A DNA stretch of 64,000 bases from Ramazzottius varieornatus. Its lineage: Eukaryota > Animalia > Tardigrada. The notes beneath the pieces were generated by a model that made no database searches, was not told the origin of the DNA, and saw only the letters and a program-made list of their open reading frames with translations. Positions within the stretch are counted from its first letter, which is position 1; each line of letters starts with the position of its first letter. The position numbers and the translations under genes were made by a program. Location: positions 1,214,725-1,278,724 of the forward strand of contig BDGG01000003.1 of NCBI GenBank assembly GCA_001949185.1, read 5' to 3'. Shown here piece after piece: positions 25,227-38,200 of this stretch.

Positions 25227-25380
25227 CACGCGCCTGGCCTAATTACCGGCCTGGACAAAATTTCGGGCCACCGGCCGAAAGCGGCACCTCCTCGATTGGT
25301 TGATCAGTTTTGCAGGTGGCTACCGCTTTCGGCCGTTGGCCGGAATTTTTTTCCCGGCCGGTAATTAGGCCAGGCGCGTG
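25227..25380. mobile_element. 154-bp almost fully palindromic MITE
   Basis: Perfect 25-bp TIR CACGCGCCTGGCCTAATTACCGGCC plus inner arms CGGCCGAAAGCGG / CCGCTTTCGGCCG; TA on both flanks. A related right end occurs at about 38654-38674. Confidence 0.88.
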
Positions 25381-26122
25381 TACATCATATTACAATTATT
25401 GCAATACAGGAATCCCTTGAACCAGACCAAGATGAATGCTTCGAAGCATTCGAAGTGAGCCTTTTTTCCCGACGTTGAGACCGCAAACTTTTGGATCCCT
25501 TGATTGCGGTATTTTTTGCTCGCCGTACTTCGCCTTGAATGAATTATCCTTCTGTTGATTACGATCGCATTGTCGCACAGTTCCAAGTGCAAGATTTGTC
25601 CAGTGAATCCGCAAGTTTCCCATAACGAAGTCTGACAATGTGATAAAACGTTGGAAGGCATGAAAAGACAGTGAGAACCCGGTACAAACGCTACGGAGCC
25701 GTGTTCGTTCATCACGCAAGCTTTATTGATCGTCGTGCGCGGTGTCTAGTGTACATTATACACCACTTTTGAAATCTAACTTGTAAATATACAGCGTAGT
25801 TTATAATAGACCGTAGTTCAAGTTCAATAGCACAGAAGTGCGGTTCAATAGCACAGAAGTTTCGTCACGAGTGACGAAACTAATTTTAGCTCGTCGTGGA
25901 ACGTCTGTCGTCTCGTGCTTAGCCAGTTCAGTGCGTCAATCAGCTGCGTTCGACGAGCGTGTGCCTGTACTAAAAGGCAGTCGTATTGTGCTCGAAACGT
26001 CAACAACAGCGTTTTTATATCGTTCGCTACTCATGAAGAGTCTTCATCCTCGACGTTGTCTTGAACGTCTCCATTGGAATTGATCGGTGTTCTGTAGCGG
26101 CGAACGTCTTTTTGCGGCTGTT

Positions 26123-27544
26123 ATGGACAAGGAAGCGGAAAAGTCCATCAGCGCATTGGATATACTAAATTCCCTGGAAAGAGACGAGCTCATTTCCATC
26201 ATCCAGCGGACAGCTAAAGAAAAAGCCATCTTTACTATCGAACTACAAGATGGCCAGAGCCGACTTCGGAGAGCTGAGAATCGCAATAAGATTTTGCAGC
26301 AAAATCTGGCCACGTTGGAAGATGATCTCCACGCCTTAGCCGAAGAAAAGAATTGGTGGAAAGAAAAAGTAACGTCCAGAAGCTGCACGTGCGGCCTCTT
26401 CAGCACGACAATCAACGATCTACCCGGAGAGCTCTTGCTGAATATCTTTCAACATGTCGACGTCACAGAACACGGAATCCTTCGCACGTGAGTGATCATT
26501 CGCATAATTTCGCCCAGGCCATCATCTCAAGTGGCGCACGTATCTGCTGTTACTGGATGAGAGAGTGCGCCACTTGGGAAAACGACCTGGATGAAAGCAA
26601 TGCCGACGCCGCAACCATCAGATTCAATATCGGCATTGTTTTTCTCAATGGTTTTTAGAGTGAGCAAAACGTGGAACAAGACACTGAAATCGAAGATCAT
26701 GAAGCGCAACGTCTTTTTACACCTCCGGCGTATCCCGATCCGTCGCTACGACGTGGAGTACTGCGCCACAGTGGCTCAACGAGCTCGCCGTCTGCTCAGT
26801 CCTTTCATGACAAAGAACCTGACTCTCGAAGTTAATTACAATCACCCCGATGCCTCGTTTGTGCCAGTGATCATCGAAAACTCCCTCCAATGTACTTCCG
26901 ACGTCCTTTCATACTGCGAAAACCTCAAGGCCCTGGTGCTGATCGGATACGAGTTCCCGGTGCAGTTTCTTTCTGGTTTAAAAGAGTGGTGTCCCAAGCT
27001 GAAGCAAATGTCGCTGGTTCGGACCATCGTCCACGTACCCGCACCCATCGACTGGCAGATTCGTCCACCGGACACTCGAGCTGCCATTATAGATGTGTCA
27101 GTGCCGACGGAGAAGTACTCGCTGGATACCTTGCTGGACAAGATCGATCCGTACATCACCGACGGGGACCTTGAGACGTACGCGAATAGGTTGGAAAGCT
27201 ACGAGTGGGCGAAACAAGACGATGAATGGCTGAGTAATAAACGGGACACCATTCTCACCTACCTCAAAAAGTAAGTGGAACTCCGGCAAATGCACTGAAC
27301 ATGATCGTCATCCCAAGTGGCACACGCTCTCATTGTATTTATCCAAGAAAATACGATCTCGTGCAATTCGTTTGTCGACGTCGCCTCCCGAGTGCTTCAG
27401 TGGTGCGTAATCAGTGGTTCATTTTTCAGATGGGAACCGGCATGCAAGGACATCAAAGATCTGAAACTGGAGGATGCTCAATGGAGAACGTACAGGAATC
27501 TCAGTCTCTGTGAAGTCATGTCAATTATGCGTTTCCAGGTGTGA
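26123..27544 (+). CDS. F-box protein with N-terminal coiled coil (3-4 exons; may end at about 27624)
   Basis: F-box motif INDLPGELLLNIFQHV...ILR / RVSKTWNKTL across the first intron. LRR-like segments YCENLKALVL and WCPKLKQMSL. Confidence 0.72.
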
Positions 27545-27754
27545 TTGCGAACTTACGCAATGGATGTATAACTCACAGTCTGATCAATTAATTTTTGGTA
27601 AATGTCATCCAGCATTGTAATTAAGCTGCTTTTTATTTAAAATTACCGAGCTTTCTCCCGTTCTTGTGATTGATATTCGTGCGAACATTCATAAGGAATG
27701 GTTCGAATGCAGGTTGCGCTCACTGGGTTATGTTTGTGCTGCCATCTAATGTTA

Positions 27755-27961
27755 CTGTATTACCTCTAAGGTTTCGCGCAGTCACGTGACAAGCCAGTAA
27801 ATATTGCGTGGCGGGGATAAAAAGCTTCACTGCCATCAAGCAAAAACTCGTTGCTAATCAAGCGCAGCAGTGTGCCAAAATCAAACAATCAGTGATAAGA
27901 GGCCCCGGGTGTAATTCACTGATTTGTCACGTGACTGCGCAAAACCTTAGAGGTAATACAG
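27755..27961. mobile_element. TA-flanked MITE upstream of GCSH
   Basis: 38-bp near-perfect TIR CTGTATTACCTCTAAGGTTTYGCGCAGTCACGTGACAA; TA on both flanks. Confidence 0.85.
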
Positions 27962-28170
27962 TACTGCTTCTGCAAGAAATGTAACGGCCGAACAGCTGAT
28001 CGGCTTAAGTTACTTTGGACGAACCGTAGAAGATTGTTGTGGATTGAAACAATTATCGGAATCTGCCTTGCGTAACTTCCGACCGACGTCTAGTGTTCTT
28101 GTACCTTGTCATTGTTGGATGTTCTGGTCAGAGTAAATTCGTCAGCTTGAAGATCTGCCCCATCCTGCTC

Positions 28171-29048
28171 ATGGCTTCAACGGTATGGCGTGTTGGAGTA
28201 GCGTGCTTCCATAGAGCCACAGACGTGACCGGCAGGATATCCCGACCTACCTCCAGGCTGCGCTTCTCAACTTCATCCTTTGCGCTAGCAGGTAGGTTTA
28301 TTCTATTGAGGATATGTGTTTGGCCCGTGTTTTGGAGTGGACAGTTGTAGAGAGACTTTTCACGAAGAAGCACGAATGGATTTTGATGGATAAAGAAGAA
28401 GGTACCGTCGGGATCACCGATTATGCTCAAAAAGCTTTGGGGGATATCGTGTTTGCTCAGCTACCCGATCCTGGAAATGAAGTCACAAAAGGAGGTGAGG
28501 TTAATAGGTTCATGAATCACCGTTTATTCAGGGATGAAGCGTGGGAATGGATCAGAAGGTGTACTTTTACAGTGGAATGCGGCGCGTTGGAAAGCGTGAA
28601 AGCTGCTAGTGAGATATACAGCCCGGTGACCGGAACTGTGATCGAGAAAAATGTCGCTGCCGAAGAAAAGCCTCAGCTTATCAACAAAAGTTGCTACAAA
28701 GACGGTAGGATTTTAGTGAAAACCCTGAGTATTGCGCCACTCGATCGAGAATGGGTCGACTCCTTGTGTTGAGTGGGGCGGCGCATGATCGTTGTTCCAA
28801 ACGCTACTGATGTGCGCCACTTGACCGGGGATGTCTTATTCTCATCTCCCTGGTAAAGTGGCGCATTTTTACTGTTCGGTGTTCGGAGATGTGCGGGAGT
28901 TGATCGGGGTGTGTCTTAGTACCGTTCTTTGTCGATCCCAGGTTGGCTGTACAAGGTGCACTTGAGTGATCCGTCGGAACTGGACGCTCTGATGAAAGAG
29001 AAAGGCTACGACGATTTCGTAAAGGCCCTCCAAGACGAAGATCACTAA
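28171..29048 (+). CDS. GCSH: Glycine cleavage system H protein, mitochondrial (4 exons)
   Basis: Arg/Ser-rich transit peptide; FTKKHEW, GTVGITDYAQKALGDIVFAQLP, lipoyl motif ALESVKAASEIYSPVTG, INKSCYKDGWLYK; stop 29046-29048. Confidence 0.96.
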
Positions 29049-29687
29049 TCCCAAAAAGTATGAGAATAAATAAGCACCACAAAACCTAAGCATTTGCCGT
29101 CGCTCTTGGGCTCCACTCTCTGTCGATAGATTATCATGACAATATGTAAAATTCATTGGAACGAGTAGGGGTGTTAGTCTCGCCGCTGACGAGGCATTTC
29201 CGCGCTACATAGTGCTGTTTGTAGTATTGAAGGTTCTCACCTTGGCGTACTACACATTACGTGCCTATATCATTGTCCTATAACGGCGCTCCAGTTTTCC
29301 GTTTTATCAGTTTTAGTACAGTACCACAATGTCGGTGGCTCACATTAAAATCAGAATCTACTCGATCATTCCCTCGGTTGATGTTCCGCGATCGCTATGC
29401 TCTGTTCTAAGTCGGGAAGCATCGGCTTTCCTTGAAATCTGACCGTGAGCTCAGAGATCCTGGAGGTCTCGTATTTTGATGGATATTCTGTCAGCCTTCT
29501 GTGGATCCTGAAGACGAGGTATTAATAAGAGCGAATCACGTCCTGAGAGTATTGAGTTCGAAGTTCTGGTACTTAAATTTATTTCTTGTGATCTGCTGAG
29601 GACAAACACAGTTTTGTCTCGTTCAATAGGTGAACGTTGAATGGGGGACGAGTTCAAAGATGTCCTTGGATTCTTCCTGAGTGTGCG

Positions 29688-32139
29688 ATGGAATCTTCTC
29701 TGGGTGGAAATGCGTGTGACGGGTCAAACGGAGTGTCTGACCATGAAAAGCCCTTGGACTTCGTCACATCCTCTTCCGCGACATCGCTCAATGTCAAAAC
29801 AGAGATGGTTGTGTCCACAATCTCTGGGTCGCCCAGCACTGACGTCACTGCGGTATCAGTGACGACCACGAGCAAAGTCCAGCTGAAGCGGAAAATAGGT
29901 CTTGTTAGCTGTGTCGGCATCGTCGTCGGCTCGATGATCGGTAAGACTCCTCAGAACATATAGTAGCAATACGCCTCACGCATGAATTTTGCCTTTTCCA
30001 AAGACCAATAAACTCAAAAATGAAATTTCCTGAAACCAAGAGTTGGAAATGGTGAAAAAAGGCGCAGTATGTGCCACTTTTTTGATTCAGGTTCGGGTAT
30101 CTTCATCGCACCAAAGCTGGTTCTTCGCGGAAGTGGGTCCGTCGGCATCTTCCTCTTAATATGGTTCATCACCGGTGTCCTTTCGCTCTGCGGCGGACTC
30201 TGCTTCATCGAGCTGGGTTGCCTCATCCCAAAGTCCGGCGGAGAGTACACTTATCTCATGGAAGCCTACGGTCCCCTCCACCAGTTCTTCGGACCACTTC
30301 CGGCCTTCCTGTACAGCTACACCCGCAACCTGGCCGCTTCTCCCAGTTCGTTCGCCGTTGGCTCACTGAGTTTCGGCATGTACTGTGCACAACCATTTTA
30401 TGCGGATGGTGAAGTACCGCAATGGTTACCAAAAGTATTGGCAGCTGGCTGCATAGGTGAGATCCGATCGTCTTCACAAAATAATTTGCATATCAATAAT
30501 CATTCCTATCTCGTCACAGTGATGGTTGCTGTCATCAACTCCACGAGTGTCAGGCTTAGTCTATGGATGCAAAACACCTTTGCGGCTGTTAAAGTCATTG
30601 CTTTGGTTGTTCTGATCGTTGCTGGCCTTGTCAGACTGGGTCAAGGTACGCACTACTGCATGTCAAGCGGTTTACAGTACTAGTGCTTTAAGATTTATGA
30701 TACTACTCTCATCGGAAATTAGGGCATACGGAGAACTTGGCGACCGGGTTTACTCCTTTTGACAATGTTACATCTCTTGCCAATGTCGCTTCGGCTATTT
30801 ACAGCTGTTTCTGGACGTATGCCGGGTGGTGAGTTGCGGGTCGCACAGGATGCCATTTTGAAGGCTTAGGAGACCTTTATTGGTCTGTGTTTTTAGGAGC
30901 TCGTTGAACGTATCACTGGAAGAAGTCTATCGGCCATCATTGTAAGTACTTAGCTTTGAAGAGCGCGGATTATCTCCATCAGCTTGCTCGGAATTTCACA
31001 CCGTAAAGTTCGTAAACAGCATGGCAATACCTTGCCGTATGCATATTCTTCCAGGAATCTCCCTCGCGCCATCAGCTTTGCCATACCGCTGGTTACTGTA
31101 CTGTACATCATGGCAAACGTTGCGTACCTGACGGTCATGACTCCACTGGAAATCCTAACGTCGAACGCGGTGGCTGTGGTATGTACTCCAGACGTAATTC
31201 ATCAAAGATCAAACTGTATTTCTTCACGTACCTGACGATCTTTCTAGACTTTCGCAAACCGTGTGCTGGGTGTGATGGCCTGGATCGTTCCCTTTTCCGT
31301 AGCTTGCTCAACATTTGGCGGGGCTACCGGCAGCAGCTTTAGCGCGGCTAGGTATGTCAGTCACGAGACCTGTCGACCCGAACTGATTCGAACGATAGTC
31401 AATCTTGACACATCATTTTCCAGAGTCTTCCATGCCTCGGCCCGGCAAGGCCATATGGTCAAAGCCTTCTCTTACATTAGCATATCTCGTTCCACTCCAT
31501 TTCCTCCCATCCTCCTTCAGGTAAAAACTGACAGTACAGGCCTTCCTGAATTCATACTGTGCAACTCCACCCTTATTCTTACAGGCTTCCATAGCGCTGC
31601 TAATGATCGCCGTAGGAGGGATCACCAGCTTGATTGACTACATGAGCTTTATCACTTGGTTCTTCCTTGCCCTGTCTTTCATGTCGGTCCTCGTGTTCAG
31701 GATAACGAAAAAAGATGAGCCCAGACCATACAGAGTAAATAGAAATCTCTTTCCATTAGGGGGAAAAAAAGCAGCGTTTCTGACGACACGGGACTTGTGT
31801 AGGTTCCTACGGCTCTGCCTATTCTGATGTTCCTGGTGGCCATCACGCTGTTAATTCTGCCCATTGTACTCAAACCTCAGCTCCAATTTCTCTACGCTGT
31901 ACTGACAGTCTTCACCGGAGTCTTCTTCTACGTCCCCTTTATCCACTACAGGAAACCGGTCTACGGGCTTGGTAAGAACTTTACTCCTGCAAACGTTTGC
32001 CACGCACTAATTTAGTCCTTTCTTAGATCTCTTCAGTCGTCTCATGATAAGTTGCTGTAGGATCGCGCCGCCAGAAACCGTTGTCCGGAACGAGAAGGTT
32101 GCCGTGACGTCAGAGTACCCGATACCGATAAAAGTTTGA
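29688..32139 (+). CDS. SLC7 L-type amino-acid transporter light-chain-like, copy 1
   Basis: [93 protein letters not shown]; multi-exon GT-AG. Confidence 0.9.
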
Positions 32140-32642
32140 CTTTAGTGAACCGTGTCCGTGCAATCAACGAAGTTCTTCTGCTGCTCCAACCAGTACAGTT
32201 TTCGGACGAATAATTGTTCGCTCTTGTGCAGCAGCTGTTGCATGCCGCTTGTAAATTAAAGAGAATTTGGCTGTTCACACCGTGTGGTTTTACCGGTGGT
32301 GCAACATGTGGGTCGAGGGGGAAATCAGTGCGTCGATCCACCATTAATTGGCCAATCACTGACAATTGCACTTGAGTTTTCGCGTCTTAATACGGAACGC
32401 TGCAGACTTGAGCTGGTTCGAGCAGTGAGCTTTGAAACAGTGACATCCGATACGGAACGAAAGATACTAAACAGACTTGTATCAGAAAACGATTAGTAGG
32501 GTCAATGCAATCGACTCTGCGAGTCAGTAAGTCGACTTTCATCCGGCAGTTTCTATCGCCAGATGATTCGATCCGGAACTCCGGCCACAATTTGGGCCTA
32601 GCTATCGGGAAAAACTGGACAAGAGTTTTGAACCAATCCCCG

Positions 32643-35128
32643 ATGGACCTCGACGTGTTGCGGAAGGACGGTGGCGAATCCGACAATATTCTTTGCGTCA
32701 CGACCGCCCATCCGCATGGCGTGGCGGATACCACAACAGCAACTAACAAAGTCCAGCTGGAACGCAAGATGGGCCTTATCAGCTGTGTTGGCATGATAGT
32801 AGGCACCATGATCGGTATGTCGAACCCAGGTGTCTTCCCCACTTGCCCGATAGAGAAGTTACACAATGCTTGACATGTCCTAGTTGTCGGTCCGCTGCTT
32901 CATGTCGTGCGTCAAAGCGTAAAAAAACTGCGGTTGCGTTGGCGAGGAACTATGGGAGAACGGCAAATGTCTTACATTCGTTTCCTTCCAAGGATCTGGA
33001 ATTTTCGTGTCGACGAAAGACGTGCTAGAACGCAGCGGTTCTGTGGGAGTCTCTCTCATAGTATGGCTGAGCTGCGGGCTGATTTCTCTATTTGGCGGAC
33101 TTTGCTACATCGAGCTGGGTTGTGTGGTCCCCAAGTCCGGCGGAGAGTACACGTACCTCCTGGAGGCCTATGGTCCGCTCCACCGCTTCTTCGGCCCACT
33201 TCCGGCCTACCTGTACAGCTACTCGCGGACACTGGCCACGGGACCCAGCGGTTTCGCTGTCATCTCACTTAGTTTCGCAACGTACGTCGCACAACCATTC
33301 TATCCGACAGGAGAAATGCCTTGGTGGTTGCCGAAAGCAGTTGCGGCTGGATGTGTTTGTGCGTTAATTTTTCTTACCTCGAATGGAATCGGCTGGCAAG
33401 GTCTGAACGATTCTGTTACTGCAGTGATCATCTCGGTGATCAACTCCGCCAGTGTGAGACTCAGCACGCTGATCCAGAATACGTTCACTGCGGTCAAGGT
33501 AATTGCGCTGGCCGTCATTATTGTGGCAGGACTGATCAGGCTCGGCCAAGGTTAGTCTAATCGTAGATGGAATGCCAGCCCGGCCTTAATGAAGTCATCG
33601 TTCAAAATTCATTTGGTTTACGTTATAAATTGCAGGAAGCACAGCGAACCTTGCAAGTCCATTCACCCCCTTCGGTAATGGTGGTCATACGGCGGCTGGA
33701 ATTGCGTCGGCGTTCTACAGTGGGCTATGGTCTTATGAAGGCTGGTAAAATAATAATATTACAGTATCAATAGATCTTAATACCATGCCAACACGTTCAA
33801 GTCAGTCTTGCAGAATTCCTCATCATGCTTTATTTTAGGAACCAGCTCAATCTGTCAATGGAAGAAGTCATTAACCCTTTTGTGTAAGTTGGCCTAACGC
33901 TCTTGTCAATATCACCGGACCAGTCAACAGCATCGCTTCAGGAATCTTCCGCGTGCCATATGGATCGCAGTTCCGCTGGTCACTGGGTTGTACCTTGTCA
34001 CCAATGTGGCTTACCTAACGGTCATGACACCGGCAGAACTTGTTGCTTCTGAAGCAGTGGCAGTGGTGAGTATAACTATGACTGAACCCACAATATCCGT
34101 AGCAGCGACGACGTGACCGCCTTAATCGGCTTCATGTGAATGGATGGCTTTTTCCCAGACGTTTGGTAAGGGAGTGCTTGGTGTTATGGCCTGGATTATC
34201 CCTTTCTCTGTGGCTTGTTCGACCTTCGGATCAGCCAACGGAAGCAACTTCGGTAATGCTCGGTAATAAGAAACTCAGAAAAATCTGAAACATATTCCGA
34301 CAGCTTAGACACTCGTCCAATAAGTCTCTCTTACGGTACAAAAGAATTGTTCGGCGCTGCGATAGTTGCCGTTATGTAGCCGTATCGCGAAAGAATATCA
34401 TGCAAAATATATTATACAATATTGTGTTTCTCGCAGGGTGTGCTACGTTGCGGCACGTGGCGGGCACATGATAAAAGTCCTCTCCTACATCAGCATTTCG
34501 AGGCTGACTCCCCTGCCTGCAGTTGTCTTTCAGGCATTCCTAACCGCTCAAATTCACTGACATATGTGGTGTCTCCGGTCTAATAGTTCATGCTGCAACC
34601 TTGCAGGGTTCCATTGCCATCTTTATGATTGCCGTGGGAGGAATAACCAGCTTGGTCGACTTCTTCTCGTTCGTAGCATGGTTGTTTTACGCCCTGTCGT
34701 TCATGTCGATATTAGTCTTTAGAAGGACCAGAAAAGACGGTCACAGGCCATATAGGGTAAGTTCGACACATGAGACTGGAAGCTGTTGTAGGACTGTGGA
34801 AATATTTTTGACATTTCAGGTGCCACTCGTAATTGTGGTATTCATGTTTGTGACGTCGGTGGCGCTGCTGATTCTCCCACTCGCCCTTAAACCCTCATGG
34901 GCATACCTGTACGCTACGCTGTCCATCTTCACCGGGATCATCTTCTATGTACCTTTCATTTTCTACGAGAAACCGGTACCTGGGCTCGGTAAGTTCTCTG
35001 ACCGTCACACTCTGAATCAAGTTCTGCTGCGAAATGGGTTTTTGTTGAGTCACCAAGCTCACTTTACAGATGGCGCCACGCGGTTCCTCGCACGATGTTG
35101 CCAAATAGCCCCTTCAGAAGTCACCTAA
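32643..35128 (+). CDS. SLC7 amino-acid transporter, b(0,+)AT/SLC7A9-like, copy 2
   Basis: [87 protein letters not shown]; same exon structure as copy 1. Confidence 0.9.
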
Positions 35129-35264
35129 AGTCTTCCAGACCATCGCTCACAACAGGCCATCTCTAATTATTATAATTCATTACAATGAAAGGAGCAGATC
35201 GAGTAATGAATGAATTTTAAATGAGCGGTAGTATTTTAATCGTGCATCGTCAGCAGTGTCCATC

Positions 35265-38200
35265 TCAATGGTAGGACATTGTCAGCAGGGCAGACGCGTA
35301 CAAGATGAACATGACCCCAGAATATCCTGAAGCTGCAAAGAAATCGTAGTTTTTGCTTATTGACATCAATGAATCGGTTTTATTCTGGGCATACTTGTAG
35401 CAGTCCCTTTCGGAGCTGGATCCGCGCAAACCGACGGCTCGTGGTAGACGGTGTACTTGTTCGGGGGCACCACGGAGTATTCCTGAGCATCGGGATTCTA
35501 CCGGACGAGAAAACGCTTGCATATACTTTGAGGTTCATGGTCACTGACACCGCTACAGGGATATAACTAGCGAAAAGTGGGACAGTCAGTCTATCATTAC
35601 CGTTGATGTTGAGACGCACATTGCAGCATAGTCGGCGTCTGTGTAGATACTCTGCAGCGCCGTCAACTTCTCTGGTGTCCAGTTGTACGCGGACATGTAT
35701 GCTTTGTACTGGTTTATCATCGGGACGTTAACCCAGAGCTCCTCTGTGACGTTTTTCATTTGCTCTGGGGTCAGGGGGATCCTGTTGTACGTATACAACA
35801 CAACATTCTTAACGAAGCTTGTGTGAGAGAGGGTGTTATCGCTTTCGTACCCGGGAGGTGAAGTGAACGGCGTTCCGGTCAGCGCTAGCACTGTCTCCAT
35901 GGGCGCGAAGCTACTGCATAGGTCAATTACGGGATTGGCGGGATAATAGGTTACAAATGACATGCACATTTCCTCTGGTGTTCCCCAGCCGCCCTAATTG
36001 ACAAACGGGTACTGACAAGCACCGAAACAATTGTAACATGGTTGGCTTGGACTGCTTACAAAAGTAACGTTACGGCGAGACATGGAATTGTAGTGGCAAT
36101 GCTGGATCAATTCGTCTCCTGGGAGAATCACTTTGGGCGGGTTGATCGTTTGACTTTCTTGGTAGTCAAAGTCGTACGTTTCGTCTTTGGCCAGAGGTGG
36201 CAGTTCTTTGCCGCCTCGAATATGGCGCAAATAGATGCGCTGACCTGCAATTAGCGTTATTGGGCTAACCCCGCTACGTGAGGCTAGAGTTACGTTCGAG
36301 AACGCACTGTTACCAGAGGCACTCTCCCGACCTACCTATAGTATGCGTATGCAAAAACACCTTGATGACATTGATTCCTGTTGGCGGCAAGATCTGCAAA
36401 GCCCGATCAAATGAAGTAGAGCAGAAGACGATCTTGTGATATTGTAACCAGTTGATCAGCTGGGCCGGTTCTGGATAGCGGCATGTGAGGCAAAAGAGCT
36501 ATTTCGTCGGTGTTCTGTCATCAGCTGGCCAGGTCAACATGTCGATATGCGACAGCGGCGAATTGCTTTGAAACTTGGTAAAGCTCGCAACTGCTGTCTA
36601 CAACCTTACCGCGCCAGTGCAGTCCTTTGAGCAACGGGAATAGGTGACAAAGTCCTGCATTTGGGGTGGAATCATCATGGAAACTGAAACGAACGAGAAT
36701 TGTACAGGATCGCCTAAGTTCTGCGCGCTCGAGATAAACTGCGCTCGCCGACTGTTGCGAAACTATCACGTCCGCGATATCTAGGAAGACACGCATGTCG
36801 TCGCGTCTTGGACCTTATCGTTCTCATGGAGCGCAGGTTTAGGTTTTAAGATGGGACACTTACAGGTGATGTCACTGTATCCCGTCATCATGATGGCAGC
36901 GTCATGGGGACGAAGTTTTGTTGTTATGGTCAAGGCGATTCCGGAGCTATCGATTACGGCTGGGAAAAGAGTCGAGCTATCAGAGCGGTACCGGGAATAG
37001 AATGGTGTAAAGATTGCTCACATTTGCCTTCTGGGTTGTCGTAATGGCTTTCCAGAAACACATATCTGCCGCTCAACTCAGGCGTGAGTGGATATCCTGC
37101 TTCCGGTGGGTAGTGGCTCGGCTGTTGCAAAAGACGATACGGGGGTCAGGTTGTAAAGTTGAAAGCATCGTGGGCCTTTTGATGGCCCACTCCTCATATT
37201 CGGTGGCAAACTTTACAACTTTGCCCTCTTGGTCTTACACGTCGCAGAATTTTCACAGAGAGGTTCATGAAACGCGTTACCTCACTGCCGATCCCGAAAG
37301 TAGCGATGATCGCGGTGCAGTTGCCCATGACCTGATCGCGGAGTGGATTGAGCTGGTCGAAACTGCAGTCGAACGCCTTGTCCGGGAAATTATCGTCGAT
37401 TTTGTCGTTACAGATGTAGGCCAACATGTGGTGGACCACCCCTTCGTTTCCACGGTTGATCACTGGCCGTGTCTATACATCCAGGAAAGCAAATACGATA
37501 TGAGTGGAGGCCACTAGAAACCGGAAACTTGACAGGCCATTGGCCACAAAATTGCAAAGGGCGGAGCTTAGTTTATCTGATGGCAGTAGACAGGTTTGGT
37601 CAGTGCTAGAGCTAGTGCTGTCGTACTCCGATTTGCTAACTTAAATGACTATGAGATAGAGTTTTTGACCCATAATTCGGACAGTGGTGCGTTATAGGGT
37701 GGCAGCACAAGTCAGTTTACCTGGTTCATCGTACCCTTTCCATATGCTCAAACTGGCAAAGTGACGTAGATGACGTGCTTCAAGTTAACGCCACAAGCGC
37801 CCCTTGCGGCCTCAGCTATTTTTATTTCCCGGGTTTTTAAACATTGCCGAAACCCTTCCCTTTTTGACGGCTCGTTCTTCAAGTTTAATGCGTCTGGATG
37901 CCATCAAAACAAGTCCCAACTCTAGAACACAAAACTTCTTATCGTATGGGGTAGATTGGATGCAATTTGGTCCAGCTGTTGGGGAGAAATTGAGTGTCCA
38001 AATTAGGAGTCAAAAACGGCAATGGCATAATCATGACCTCTACCTCTACCTCGCAACTTTAGTCGACTAAAAACGCGACTCGGTTAGTCGTTGTACAAAA
38101 CGACCAGCCGAAATGCAAAACGGCTAACCGCAATAATCAAACGACCTTGATTATTTATTGACCACCACGTTGATTGAAGACTACTGCTTGATTCTGATTT

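Noticed and set aside
25822-25860. Direct repeat GTTCAATAGCACAGAAGT x2
   Set aside because: Two copies separated by 3 bp with no spacers; a simple tandem duplication.
35333-35394. Apparent frameshift before the hydrophobic tail of MOXD A
   Set aside because: Explained by a 62-nt GT-AG intron; the gene is intact.
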